Assembly (NCBI GenBank): GCA_951406725.2
Contig: OX597840.1
Span: 24,242,001-24,306,000 of the forward strand
Length of the DNA stretch: 64,000 nt
Direction: 5' to 3'
Source of the DNA: Octopus vulgaris
Taxonomy: Eukaryota
The notes under the pieces were generated by a model. The model was not told where the DNA came from and ran no database searches. It saw only the letters and a list, made by a program, of their open reading frames with translations. Positions 26,886 to 45,832 of this stretch are shown one piece after another (within the stretch, counting starts at the first letter, position 1; every line of letters starts with the position of its first letter). Position numbers and translations under genes: made by a program.

Positions 26886-28752
26886 TATTTTTCTCCTCTC
26901 ACCACAAAGTCCAAATGTTTTTCTTTTTTTTCTTCTTTTTTTATATTCTATTCCCCAGTTATTTCTGTTGCTTGAAATGCTTAGCGGTATTTCGTCTGTC
27001 TTTTTGTTCTGAGTTCAAATTCCACCGAGGTCGACTTTGCCTTTCATCCTCTCTGGGTCAATAAATAAAGTACCAGTTTCACACTAGGGTAGATATAATC
27101 GACTTAATCCCTTTGTCTGTCCTTATTTTTCCCCTCTATGTTTAGTCCCTTGTGGGTAGTAAAGAAATAGAAATAGGTATTTCGTCTGTCGTTACGTTCT
27201 GAGTTCAAATTCCGCCGAGGTCAACTTTGTCTTTCATCCTTTCGGGGTCAATAAATAAAGTACCAGTTTCACACTGGGGTAGATATAATCAACTTAATCC
27301 CTTTGTCTGTCCTTGTTTGTCCCCTCTATGTTTAGCCCCCTAGTGGGCAATAAAGAAATATATATTTCCATCAACTGTAATCATTGTCAATATCTGAGGG
27401 GGCTGCCAATTCCTTTGCAATCCAGGTTTAATTAGAATACATGATTGGTTTTCTTGCACCCATTCCAGGCAGTGAAGTACAGAAATGCTGCTAATAATCA
27501 CACACCCAAAGAAAATCTTTTACAATTCTATAATCGATTTATATAAACAGGGTAATATTTCTTGTGTGTAGCATCTTAGTTTCATCTTAAAGAATATATC
27601 ATATATATTCATGATGTGTTCGATGTAAAATCTTCTTTTATGCTAAATATCCTCTCTGATACTCTGAAATAAAAAAGAAATAATATGAGATATAGAATAT
27701 ACTTGAAAAGTAAAGATTAAATAATGAAAATTTTATTACGTTTTTATACTGATAAACTGAAGATATAAACCTTTAGCTGGCCAAATAAACGTTAACACGT
27801 CAGTCTGACAAACAAACAAGGAGATTATAAGGTAGTCATGGGATGTGCTAAAAATAATAGCTAAATAGCTCTTAAATCACACAGCAATTTAAAAAATTTT
27901 GTTTTGGTTTTTGCACAATCCTATGAATTACAGATTCGCAAGAGTTTTCTAAAAATTCCGAAAAAGTTTTGAACCAACAAAGAATTTACGATTTACATCT
28001 GCTGTTTGTTTGTTGAGCGAAGTGGTCTTCGTCCCAGAGCTTGCAAGATGGAAGAAGTCGGAAACGTGGTCCTTTGTTATTCGTAATTCGGAAACGTGGT
28101 CCTTTGCTATTCCTTTGCTACCCGCAGAAGAGAAAGCAGGTCAGCGCCCCCACCCACACACACACACACACACCAATAGCATCGACGGATGGACGAATGC
28201 GCATCCGGGCTCGGCGGTTGCGTAGGAAGTCGGGGGCACAAGGAACAGGAAGAAAGAGTGAGAGAAAGTTGGGGCGAAAGAGTACAACAGGGGTTGCCAC
28301 CACCCTCTGCTGGAGCATCGTGGAGCTAGGTGTTTTCGCTCAATAAACACTCACAACGCCCGGTCTGGGAATCGAAACTGCGATCCTCCAAACGCGAGTC
28401 CGCTGCCCTAACCACTGGGCCATTGCGCCTCCACTTACATCTGCTGTATATGAAATACCAGAAGTTATAGTGTTAAAAAGAGCAAGGACTAATGTTTACT
28501 TTGAAACGGTTGATGATGATGATATATATATATATATATATATTTATTGCCCACAAGGGGATAAACATAGAGGGGACAAAGAAGGACAGACATAGGGATT
28601 AAGTCGATTACATCGACCCCAGTGCATAACTGGTACTTAATTTATCGACCCTGAAAGATGAAAGGCAAAGTCGACCTCAGTGGAATGTGAACTCATAACG
28701 TAAAGACACATGCATTTCGCCCGTCGTGCTAATGTTGCTGCCAGCTCGCCAC

Positions 28753-29005
<253 letters not shown>

Positions 29006-29071
29006 TGGTAAAACGGAAAGATAACAAAAGAAAGAAAGAAAGAGACCTGAATATTATGTAAATAGAGGAAA

Positions 29072-29461
29072 TCTTTATATATAAAACTGTAGTTGTGTGT
29101 CTGTCCCCTCCAAATTAGATTCCTAACTCCTCCCACATTTTGTGGTGCAGTTTAACCAAAACCGGGTATCTTATAGTCGTGATTCATATCGAGCCCTTCT
29201 GGGTATTAGCGCTTGTCTACAATGAGTCAACGATTTTTAAAATAATTTACCATCATTTCTTTCCATTTTCATACATATTTTTTTAAAGGGAGGTAACTCC
29301 CTAAAAATGTCTACGATGAGTCAACGATTTAAAAAAAAATTTACCATCATATTTTTTCCATTTCTAATGCATTTTTTTGCTATTTTTTGGCTATAACTCT
29401 CTAAAGATGCTGTGTATTTATTTCCCTTACAAACCCGAGCAACGCCGGGCGATACTGCTAG
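29072..29461 (+). mobile_element. Non-autonomous Helitron insertion
   Basis: A|TC start, 3' hairpin CCCG-agcaacgc-CGGG then CTAG|T, no TSD; the empty site gaggaaa|tttatct is present at 9306-9319. Confidence 0.9.
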
Positions 29462-31330
29462 TTTATCTATAAAATAATATGTTACATTTACTCAATAGTC
29501 AAGATAAAACTCTGAGTTTCAGATGCCGAAGTGGAAATCCACAACACCATCTCTTCGGTTATCTGGCCATCTGAAAAAACGCTATGAAAAAATACCGTTA
29601 TATAAAGGGAAATTACTGTCTTATAATTCTGCGCGCCAAAACCCACGTGCGTACGTATACGTCACTATGGAAACATACACATCTTCACTCGCATTTTTCG
29701 CCAAATATATACGCATATATATATACAACCTCATACACACACACACATGCGTACCATAAAAGTTCATACATACGTCTATATACGCACAAACACAAGAAAA
29801 ACCATGGTTAAAGGTAACAGAAAAAAAACATAAGGAAGTATACAAAGCATAAAAACCACGTTCATATACGGACAGGCCCCTATGCACTCATACACACACA
29901 CACGCCCATATATGTACATACCCGCACATATTTATATACGTATACATACACACGCATATACAAAAAATGAATATATATATGCCCCCCCCCCCTCGCTAAA
30001 AATGGAAAAATACTAAGTAAAAACGTCTATATACATATATGTGTGCATTCTCATGCCCGCACACACGCACACATATATATGTATATACATATATAAATAT
30101 AGATATGCACATACACACACACAAAGGTTGGCGATTACAAAGGAATTTCACAAGGATCATATATATAGTGGAAGCCGCTTATTGTGATCATTTCCGTACA
30201 GCATTGGCCGACACCTAACAGATGACGTTAAACAAATATAAAGTCTGAACCAATTAATTTTGATAACAATAACCGGCTGATAACGTTATCCGCTATTCCG
30301 ATTGACCGCCACTCCATTCCTGCCCAGCCTACATCAATACACAACAAACTACGGCATTTCTATAAATCGCAGTATTTGCTATACAACGTCTTCAATCAGA
30401 TCGTATTCCTCTCCAATATATATACATATATATATAATAACTTACCCCTGATGCTTAATAAATAAATAAATATTTATTTACTTTCGATTTCGTCTCCAAA
30501 GAATTGAGGAAACGTGACAAGCCGGAAGTAAGGTGCGTCATGTGACTGAGACTCTTTAATATATGAAACCACAAAGAGTGCTGCTGACACAAAAGCGAAA
30601 CTAAGAAGGAAGGGGGAACGTAATATTGTTGTTGACTATCACCATGGTTACTGTCTAAGCGGAAGGCGCATGGCTCGGTGGTTAGCGCATCGGGCTATCA
30701 ACCGCGAGTTAGTGAGTTTGATTCCATGGATCTTTTCGTTTTGACTGGCAGATTTTTAAAATAATTTCTTTGTAACTAAACACTTTTAAACTTAAGTACC
30801 AGTTACGCACTGGGGTCGATGTAATCAACTTAATCCCTTTGTCTGTCCTTGTCTGTTCCCTCCTATCTTTTCGGTTTGAGCAGCAGTTTTTAACATAATT
30901 TCTAGGTAACTAAACACTTTTAAACTTCGTATACTGGTAGAATTTGTTACATAAATCATCTTTTTCTCTTGGCTTTCTTGAGAAAATTCTGTAGTTTGTA
31001 AGCTACAATTATTCACCTCAATAGACGTCATTGATTGGTTGAAATTGCTGAAATGCAAGAAATTAAACAACAAATAGCTTACAAGCTACAGAATTTTCTC
31101 AAGAAATCCAAGAGAAAAAGATGTTTTATAAACACATTCTACCAGTATACGAAGTTTAAAGAATAAGTCCTGGGGTCGATTTGATCGACTAAAGGCGGTG
31201 CTCCAGCATGGCCACAGTCACATGACTGAAACAAGTAACAGGGTAAAGAGAGATAGCTAGATAAACAGGTAGATAGATAGGTCGGTAGATAGATAGGTAT
31301 GTAGGTAGGCAGATAGATAAATAGACAGAC

Positions 31331-31465
<135 letters not shown>

Positions 31466-31468
31466 GAT

Positions 31469-31501
<33 letters not shown>

Positions 31502-33841
31502 TAGATAGAAGCAGTTCTTCCTTCGAAAAGGACGATTCTTTTCTTCAGCTTTAAAGCTTCCAACATGAATGTTGGTGGTGGTGGCCATGTTTATAGCAGT
31601 AAGGGTTGTCTTTACTTCTTTGTATCATCTAAGGCCAGACTGGAAGGTTTCTGTGTGCGTTCAAGCGGAACAACTTCCTTTTCAGACAGATAGTGGAAGC
31701 ACTCCGTCGGTTACGACGACGAAGGTTCCGGTTGATCCGAATCAACGGAACAGCCTGCTCGTGAAATTAACGTGTAAGTGGCTGAGCACTCCACAGACAC
31801 GTGTACCCTTAACGTAGTTCTCGGGGATATTCAGCGTGACACAGAGAGTGACAAGGCCGGCCCTTTGAAATACAGGTACAACAGAAACAGGAAGTAAGAG
31901 TGAGAGAAAGTTGTGGTGAAAGAGTACAGCAGGGATCACCACCATCCCCTGCCGGAGCCTCGTGGAGCTTTTAGGTGATTTCGCTCAATAAACACTCACA
32001 ACGCCCGGTCTGGGAATCGAAACCGCGATACTATGACCGCGAGTCCGCTGCCCTAACCACTAAATAAAACACAAAAATACAAAGTAAATAATTTTAAAAC
32101 TAAGTAAATAACACACAAAAACACAAAGTAAGGATCGACTAGTCATGACTAGCTAGCGCGGATGCACGAGTACGCGAGTGCGCGCACCAGGACCACTCTG
32201 CTCAAGTAGTACCGATAGATAGACAGACACAGATAGATAGGCACAGATATGCTATAGAAATAAACTTTGACGTACGCACCTTGAAGTTTTCCAGTGTTAA
32301 AACTTTCTTTGGAAGTTGCACGTCATCTTCAGCAGGTGCTTCGTGTGTGTGTGTGTGTAGACAGAGTACGGCCGAATGGTCAAGAAGATCCCTTAACAAC
32401 CACGAGGTCCCTCGTTCTGTCCTACTGCGAGACACTTTGGCAAATAACACTTTCTGCAGTGTCCAGTTGACCTGAATGAAATCGGACAAAGGGGAAAGTG
32501 CTGAACCCAGGAATTCCAAAGAGGTCAGCTTCGGGTCGCAGAGGTTCTTGTATGATCCCAGCGGAATCCTCGGCGACTCACGGGAATTCCGGAGTAGGGG
32601 ATTCAGTTGGTCTTACACCTGAATCCTCATCGGCGAACGACGGGGATCCACGATGTATAAAAATGTCTGTTTAGGTATAGATGGAAATGGTGAGGATATT
32701 AAGAAATGGTTAATAGCAAAATGTGGGAAATAAAAAAACTGGAATGGGCAGTCGAATGGAAAACGAAACAGTGAAAGAAATTATATAACTTTGTTTAAGT
32801 AATTTTTTTTAGTCCTTCCTTTTTTCTGAGTTGTGCGTTAGATATGAAATCATTCGTATCTAATTCCGGTCTCCTAATAATTATCAGTTATGAAGTGGAA
32901 TTGATCAAGGGATAAAGATTTGTATGAAACTATAGCAGGAAATAAACGGAATTTGCAAGACTGAACGGTTAATGGACGAGGGGAAGTAACTCTTCCTTCA
33001 ACAAAAGTCTTGAATATTTTTACTTAGCTTCGGGTTTAAATGACAATTAATTAATTCAGCAAATTGTTAGAAAGGATCACAAAATACAGCCCTCAAAATT
33101 ACTGCAGGGCTTAATGACCGTCTCAAGAACCCAGTTTCCACAAAAACTTTTTTTCTGGGAGCTGCACAAAGCCAGATTTCAAGGGAGGGCTGCAATCAGA
33201 AAACCACTACATTGAAAAACAAACGTTGCAAAGCGTTTAGAGTGGAGTAAAAACCTACAGAAATGATCCCTAGAGCAGTGGAAGAATGTTATTTTCTAGG
33301 ACGAGTCATCCTTTACCTTATTTCCGACCACCGGCCGAGTATACGTGTGAAGAGAGCCAAAAGAAGCATTTGACCCAGACTGCCTTCTTCCAACTGTTAA
33401 ACATGGAGGAGGATCTGTAATGATCTGGGGAGCTATATCTTGGATATCTGCCAGCCCAATGGTTCCCCTTCATGGCAGAATTAATAGTCAAGACTATTTA
33501 AGCATTTTATCTGATCAAATTCATCCTATGATTGTGGAACTGTTTCCAGAGGGAAACACAAGCTTTCAGGATGATAATGCACCAATTCACACAGCTAAAG
33601 TTGTCACTGAATGGCACGAGGAACATTCATCAACCGTTTCAAAGTAAACATTAGTCCTTGCTCTTTTTTACACAATAACTTCGGGTATTTCATATACAGC
33701 AGATCTTTCCTTCTCCTATGTTTGCGACGAAGAGCTCCGCTCGAAATGTTAAACCCTCCTTCTTTCCTGAGCGTCCAATAATACTATATTTGTTCCACGT
33801 CCTCGCATTGTTGTGCTTTTTTTGTGCTTTCTTGTTTGGAT

Positions 33842-33876
<35 letters not shown>

Positions 33877-36079
33877 GATTGTGGCCGCTGCCAGATTCCC
33901 CTGACACCTGTGCCGGTGGCATGTAAAAAACACCCACTACACTCGCGGAGTGGTTGGTGTTAGCAAGGGCATCCAGCTGTAGAAACACTGCCAGTCAGAC
34001 TGGGCCTGGTACAGCCTCCTGGCTTCCCAGACCCCGGTCGAACCGTCTAACCCGTGCTTGCACGGAAAACAAACGTTAAACGATGATCATGATGATATAT
34101 ATACAAATTAAAATCCAGGAAACAGAGAAGTAGCATTAATATAGTTTATTCACTGCAAAAATTCAACATGTACACTTACAGCTGTTTCGATTTTGCTCAA
34201 AAGAAATTCCAATAATTAAAACATTTAATTGGGCAAAATCTCATCAGAGGAATGAAAATGACATATCGTTAGGTTATCACATGTTATTCTTCCAAAACAT
34301 CTCAACAGACAAAAACTTTTTTTTAATTACTAATATTGGTATAAATCTTGGCCAGTGGGTAACAGGTTGTATAAGGGTAATAATCTTTATATATATAAAA
34401 CTGAGAATGTGTGTCTGTCTGTCTGTGTGTTTCCCTGAAACTTGAGAACTACACAACCAATTTCATTCAAATTTTACACATGCCTTACTTACGGCCCATG
34501 TAGTTTTATGGGCAAAAAAAAATGTTCAACTTCTTGCCTAGAGGAAGCCCATAGCAATATCATATCTTCTCCACTATTTCAGTATTACATGTTAAAAGTG
34601 AAACAAAAATATTTCTCTCTTTTATGTCAGATGCTTTCACTTTAACAACAAAAATAATAATAACAATTGAATTATATGTAGTAAGTAATAATTAAAATCA
34701 AACTAAAGTATAATATAATCGTAGCATACAAAAGTAAAAATAGCAATTGGTATACAATTGCATCAATGATTTGAACTTGAATAAGTGGTTTCACATGAAT
34801 GGGAATAAATTAAAAATATAATTAGCGTGCAGAAATGGAATAGTCCAGATGGATAATACAAAATTAAATTAAAGAAAAGACTATTGTCTATAAGGTATAC
34901 AATGTAGAGAAAAAAGAAGAGCTAACAATTCCAGTCTGTTATATATTTTGAGTATTGTTATCACTAGCGATATCAAGATATAACTCTGTATTTTGCATTT
35001 TATGTGTAGATGTATATAGATAGATGTACATGTAATATGTACACGTATATACATGCACTAGCACTATGACCCGGCAACGACGGGTCTTTAATGCTAGTTG
35101 GTAAATAAATGGTAGATAGTGAGTGATATTTCTCACTATAATTATTTTATAATGTATCGATTTAATTATTTTGTAATTTATCTATATCAGTTCAATCAAT
35201 TTCTTTAACAAAGTTATAAATGTGATCACGTTGTTCTCTCATTCATATGATACTATTTTTACTATAACTCACTAATCTAACATTTATTTAATGCGGTTTC
35301 GATTCCCAGACCGGGCGTTGTGTGTGTTTATTGAGCGAAAACACCTAAAGCTCCAAGAGGCTCCGGCAGGGGGTGGTGGTGATCCCTGCTGTACTCTTTC
35401 TTCCTGTTTCTTGAGTAATGCTGCGATGGACTGGCGTCCTGTCCAGCTGGTGGTGTAACACATATCCCACAGAAACCGGGCCCATGAGCCTGGCTAGGTT
35501 TGTAAAGGGCGCATAAATAAATAAAAATAATAAATATACTGGCATGTAATAAAACTGTGTAAGAGAATAATTTACCACAACTCAATTGCAAGAAGCACTT
35601 CCATCAAGTTAAGCTATTTATTCGAGAGAATGATTTAATAGAGGTGCAGGAGTGGCTGTGTGGTAAGTAGCTTGCTTACCAACCACATGGTTCCGGGTTC
35701 AGTCACACTGCGTGGCATCTTGGGCAAGTGTCTTCTGCTATAGCCCCGGGCCGACCAAAGCCTTGTGAGTGGATTTGGTAGACGGAAAATGAAAGAAGCC
35801 TGTCGTATATATGTATACATATATATGTATATATGTGCATGTGTTTGTGTCTATGTTTGTTCCCCTAGCATTGCTTGTCAATCGATGCTGGTGTGTTACG
35901 TCCCCGTTACTTAGTGGTTCAGCAAAAGAGACTGATAGAATAAGTACTGGACTTACAAAGAATAAGTCCTGGGGTCGATTTGCTCAACTAAAGGCGGTGC
36001 TCCAGCATGGCCGCACTCAAATGACTGAAACAAGTAAAAGAGAGAGAGAGAGAGAGAGAGTAATAGAATTATCACAGTG

Positions 36080-36569
36080 TTATGGTTTCTTTCCTGCGTG
36101 GATATGTTTGTGAGTAGTTAAGTTACCTTTTTGAGAGAAAGACTTTTCACATACATCACAGTGATAAGGCTTCTCTCCTGTGTGAATGTGTTTGTGAGAA
36201 ATTAAGGTATGGTTCTGAGAGAAGGATTTACCACAGATATCACACACGTATGGCTTCTCTCCTGTGTGAACACGTTTGTATTTGATTAAGACATCGCTCT
36301 GTGAAAAAGACTTTCCACAGATATCGCAGTGATATGGCCTCCCTCCTGTATGAATAAGTTTGTGTTTAGCTAAGAGATGATTTAAAGAGAATGATTTACC
36401 ACAGATATCACAGTGATACAGCTTCTCTTTACTATGAATGTGTTTATGAGGATTTAAGTCACCAGCGAATGACTTTCCACAGGTATCACAGTAGAATGGT
36501 TTCTCTCCAGTATGGAAGGGTTTGTGTTTAGTTAAATGTTGATTTTGTGAGAATGATTTACCACAAATA
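36080..36569 (-). pseudogene. Six out-of-frame fingers downstream of the gene 4 stop
   Basis: Same 2-bp deletion and same 490-bp tail as gene 1. Confidence 0.85.
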
Positions 36570-38105
36570 TCAGTGATATGGTTTTTCTCCTGTATGAATA
36601 CATTTATGGTTAGTTAAGGCATCGCTCTGTGAAAACGATTTACCACAGATATCACAATGATATGGTTTCTCTCCTGTGTGAATGTATTTGTGAGTAGTTA
36701 GGTTTTGATTCTGAGAGATTGATTCTCCACAGATATCGCAGTGATAAGGATTCTCTCCTGTGTGAATGTATTTGTGAGTAGTTAGGTTTTGATTCTGAGA
36801 GATTGATTTACCACAGATATCACACTGATAAGGTTTCTCTCCTGTGTGAATGTATTTGTGAGTACTTAAGCTGTGATTATGAGAGAATAATTTACCACAG
36901 ATATCACAGTGATAAGGTTTCTCTCCTGTGTGAATGTATTTGTGTTTAGTTAGTTTTTGATACTGAGAGAATGATTTACCACGGATATCACAGTGATAAG
37001 GTTTCTCTCCTGTGTGAATGTATTTGTGAGTAGTTAAGTGCTGATTATGAGAGAATGATTCTCCACATATATCACACTGATAAGGTTTCTCTCCTGTGTG
37101 AATGTATTTGTGAGTAGTTAAGCTGTGATTTTGAGAGAATGATTTACCACAGATATCACAGTGATAAGGTTTCTCTCCCGTGTGAATGTATTTGTGTTTA
37201 GTTAAGTGGTCATTTCTAGAGAATGATTTACCACAGATATCACAGTGATATGGTTTCTCTCCTGTATGAATACGTTTGTGAGTGGTTAGGTCGCTATTTC
37301 CAGAGAATGATTTACCACAGATATCACACTGATAAGGTTTCTCTCCTGTGTGAATGTATTTGTGAGTAGTTAAGTGGTGATTATGAGAGAATGATTTACC
37401 ACAGATATCACAATGATATGGTTTCTCTCCTGTATGAATACGTTTGTGAGTGGTTAGGTCGCTATTTCTAGAGAATGATTTACCACAGATATCACACTGA
37501 TAAGGTTTCTCTCCTGTATGAATGTATTTGTGAGTAGTTAAGTGGTGATTTCGAGAGAATGATTTACCACAGATATCACACTGATATGGTTTCTCTCCTG
37601 TATGAATATGTTTGTGTTTAATTAACTGACTACTTTTAGAGAATGATTTACCACAGATATCACACTGATATGGTTTCTCTCCTGTATGAATACATTTGTG
37701 AGTGGTTAGGTCGCTATTTCCAGAGAATGATTTACCACAGATATCGCAATGATGTGACTTAACCACAATGTGAATGCATTTGTGAATAGCTAAGCTATGA
37801 TTCTGAGAGAATGATTTACCACAGGTGTTACAGTGATACGGCTCGACACCTGCGTGAATGTGTTTATGTGTGGTCAAACGAACCTTTTCAGAGAATGATT
37901 TACCACAGATGTCACAGCGATAGAGATCCTCTCCTGCATGGAAACATTTGTGAATCGTCTGTTCATCTTTGAGAAAGAAGGACTTGTTGCAGACATCACA
38001 GTGAAATGATGTTTTCTCTTCTTCTTCTGTTTCATCTTCAGTAAAATCAATCCTTAACGACTGGGTATTACAATTAACCTCATTATCACGTAATTCAATT
38101 TCCAT
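36570..38105 (-). CDS. C2H2 zinc-finger protein, gene 4 (511 aa, 17 finger units); promoter/exon 1 deleted, possibly a pseudogene
   Basis: Open ORF with one broken finger (CDIRGK); the donor/promoter block is missing between 39740 and 40260. Confidence 0.75.
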   Translation of the reverse strand: MEIELRDNEVNCNTQSLRIDFTEDETEEEEKTSFHCDVCNKSFFLKDEQTIHKCFHAGEDLYRCDICGKSFSEKVRLTTHKHIHAGVEPYHCNTCGKSFSQNHSLAIHKCIHIVVKSHHCDICGKSFSGNSDLTTHKCIHTGEKPYQCDICGKSFSKSSQLIKHKHIHTGEKPYQCDICGKSFSRNHHLTTHKYIHTGEKPYQCDICGKSFSRNSDLTTHKRIHTGEKPYHCDICGKSFSHNHHLTTHKYIHTGEKPYQCDICGKSFSGNSDLTTHKRIHTGEKPYHCDICGKSFSRNDHLTKHKYIHTGEKPYHCDICGKSFSQNHSLTTHKYIHTGEKPYQCDICGESFSHNQHLTTHKYIHTGEKPYHCDIRGKSFSQYQKLTKHKYIHTGEKPYHCDICGKLFSHNHSLSTHKYIHTGEKPYQCDICGKSISQNQNLTTHKYIHTGENPYHCDICGESISQNQNLTTHKYIHTGEKPYHCDICGKSFSQSDALTNHKCIHTGEKPYH

Positions 38106-39884
38106 TATTTTTCTCCTCTCACCACAAGGTCCAAATGGTTTTCTTTTTTTATTTCTTCTTTTTTATATTCTATTCCCCAGTTATTTCTGTTGCTTGAAAT
38201 GCTTAGCAGTATTTCGTCTGTCTTTTTGTTCTGAGTTCAAATTCCACCGAGGTCAACTTTGCCTTTCATCCTTTCAGGGTCGATAAATAAAGTACCAGTT
38301 TCACACTGGGGTAGATATAAGCGACTTAATACCTTTGTCTGTCCTTGTTTGTGCCCTCTATGTTTAGCCCCCTAGTGGGCAATAAAGAAATATATATTTC
38401 CATCAACTGTAATCATTGTCAACATCTGAGGGGGCTGCCAATTCCTTTGCAATCCAGGTTTAATTAGAATACAGGATTGGTTTTCTTGCACCCATTCCAG
38501 GCAGTAAAGTACAGAAATGCTGCTAATAATCACACACCCAAAGAAAATCTTTTACAATTCTATAATCGATTTATATAAACAGGGTAATATTTCTTCTGTG
38601 TAGCATCTTAGTTTCATCTTAAAGAATATATCATATATATTCATGATGTGTTCGATGTAAAATCTTCATTTATGCTAAATATCCTCTCTGATACTCTGAA
38701 ATAAAAAAGAAATAATATGAGATATAGAATATACTTGAAAAGTAAAGATTAAACAATGAAAATTTTATTACGTTTTTATACTGATAAACTGGAGATATAA
38801 ACCTTTAGCTGGCCAAAAAAACGTTAACACGTCAGTCTGACAAACAAACAAGGAGAATATAAGGTAGTCATGGGATGTGCTGAAAATAATAGCTAAATAG
38901 CTCTTAAATCATGCAGCAATTTTAAAAATTTTGTTTTGGTTTTTGCACAATCCTATGAATTACAAATTCGCAAGAGTTTTCTAAAAATTCCCAAAAAGTT
39001 TTGAACCAACAAAGAATTTACAATTTAGATCTGCTGTTTGTTTGTTGAGCGAAGCGGTCTTCATCCCAGAGCTCGCAAGATGGAAGAAGTCGGAAACACG
39101 GTCCTTTGCTATTCGTAAGACCCGCAGAAGAGAAAGCAGGTCAGCCCCCCCGACACCGAGAGCATCGACGGATGGACGAATGCGCATCCAGGCTTGGCAG
39201 TTGCGTAGGAAGTCGGGGGACAAGAAACAGGAAGAAAGAGTGAGAGAAAGTTGGGGCGAAAGAGTACAACAGGGGTTGCCACCACCCTCTGCTGGAGCAT
39301 CATGGAGCTTCAGGTGTTTTCGCTCAATAAACACTCACAACGCCCTATCCGGGAATCGAACCCGCGAGTCCGCTGCCCTAACCACTGGGCCATTGCGCCT
39401 CCACTTACATCTGTTATATATGAAATACCAGAAGTTATAGTGTTAAAAAAAGCAAGGACTAATGTTTACTTGGAAACGGTTGATGATGATGATGATGATG
39501 ATATATATATATATATTTATTGCCCACAAGGGGATATACAAAGAGGGGACAAAGAAGGACAGACATAGGGATTAAGTCGATTACATCGACCCCAGTGCAT
39601 AACTGGTACTTAATTTATCGACTCTGAAAGATGAAAGGCAAAGTCGACCTCAGTGGAATTTGAACTCATAACGTAAAGACACATGCATTTCGCCTGTCAT
39701 GCTAATGTTGCTGCCAGCTCGCCACCTTTATATATATATAAAAGCAATTAAGATTCAAGTCAGTTCTAATGAATTCACTTGAATGCGGTACTTAACTTAG
39801 ATGCACCAGAAAACTATATGGTGTTAACCATACAGTAATGTGGGGTGATTATAAACGAGAAAGAAGCAACAAGAATGGATTAGT

Positions 39885-39975
39885 TTTTAGTACAATTGTT
39901 TCATACAAAGACTGGCTTTATTAAAAGTTGCAAACATTGCAGCAGATAAAAGTGCCCCGTACTCATCAGCTAAAA
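39885..39975 (-). ncRNA. Type I hammerhead ribozyme with intact core, in a segment (~39740-40260) unique within the window
   Basis: Minus strand TTTTAG-CTGATGA-GTACGGGG...CTTTGTAT-GAAAC-AATT-GTA-CTAAAA: 6-bp stem I, stem II with G-U pairs, palindromic stem III, GUA triplet. Confidence 0.75.
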
Positions 39976-40761
39976 CACATATGAGTTCTCCAAACATCTT
40001 AGTGGGTGAGGTTACACTCATGAAGTATCGGAGATAATTTCATAAAAAGCAGATTCAGGTTGTAAACAGACTTCCAAAGTTCTTTAATGACGATGCACAG
40101 TCTTATCACAGGTTTTAAAAAAGCTTATTAGCTTCACAGAGAAGGTGAATCAATCCATAGTGTAGGTGCAAATATCCAGAGATATGAGGAGGTATTTCAT
40201 ACTCACAGATGATGAATCTATCCATGGTTAATCCACAATGAGGTGGGTATAATTTCCGGAGGGAAACGCAAGCTTTCAGGATGATAATGCACCAATTCAC
40301 ACAGCTAAAGTTGTCACTGAATGGCACGAGGAACATTCATCAACCGTTTCAAAGTAAACATTAGTCCTTGCTCTTTTTAACACAATAACTTCTGGTATTT
40401 CATATACAGCAGATCTTTCCTTCTATGTTTCCAACGAAGAGCTCTGCTCGAAATGTTAAACCCTCCTTCTTTTCTGAGCGTCCAATAATACTATATTTGT
40501 TCCACGTCCTCGCGTTGTAGTGTTTTTTTTGTGCTTTCTTGTTTGGATTAACTATATATATATATATATATTTAACTGATCGTGGCCGCTGCCAGACTCC
40601 CCCGGCACCTGTGCCGGTGGCATGTAAAAAACACCCACTACACTCGAGGAGTGGTTGGCGTTAGGAAGGGCATCCAGCTGTAGAAACACTGCCAGATCAG
40701 ACTGGGCCTGGTGCAGCCTCCTGGTTTCCCAGACCCCGGTCGAACCGTCCAACCCGTGCTA

Positions 40762-45832
<5,071 letters not shown>

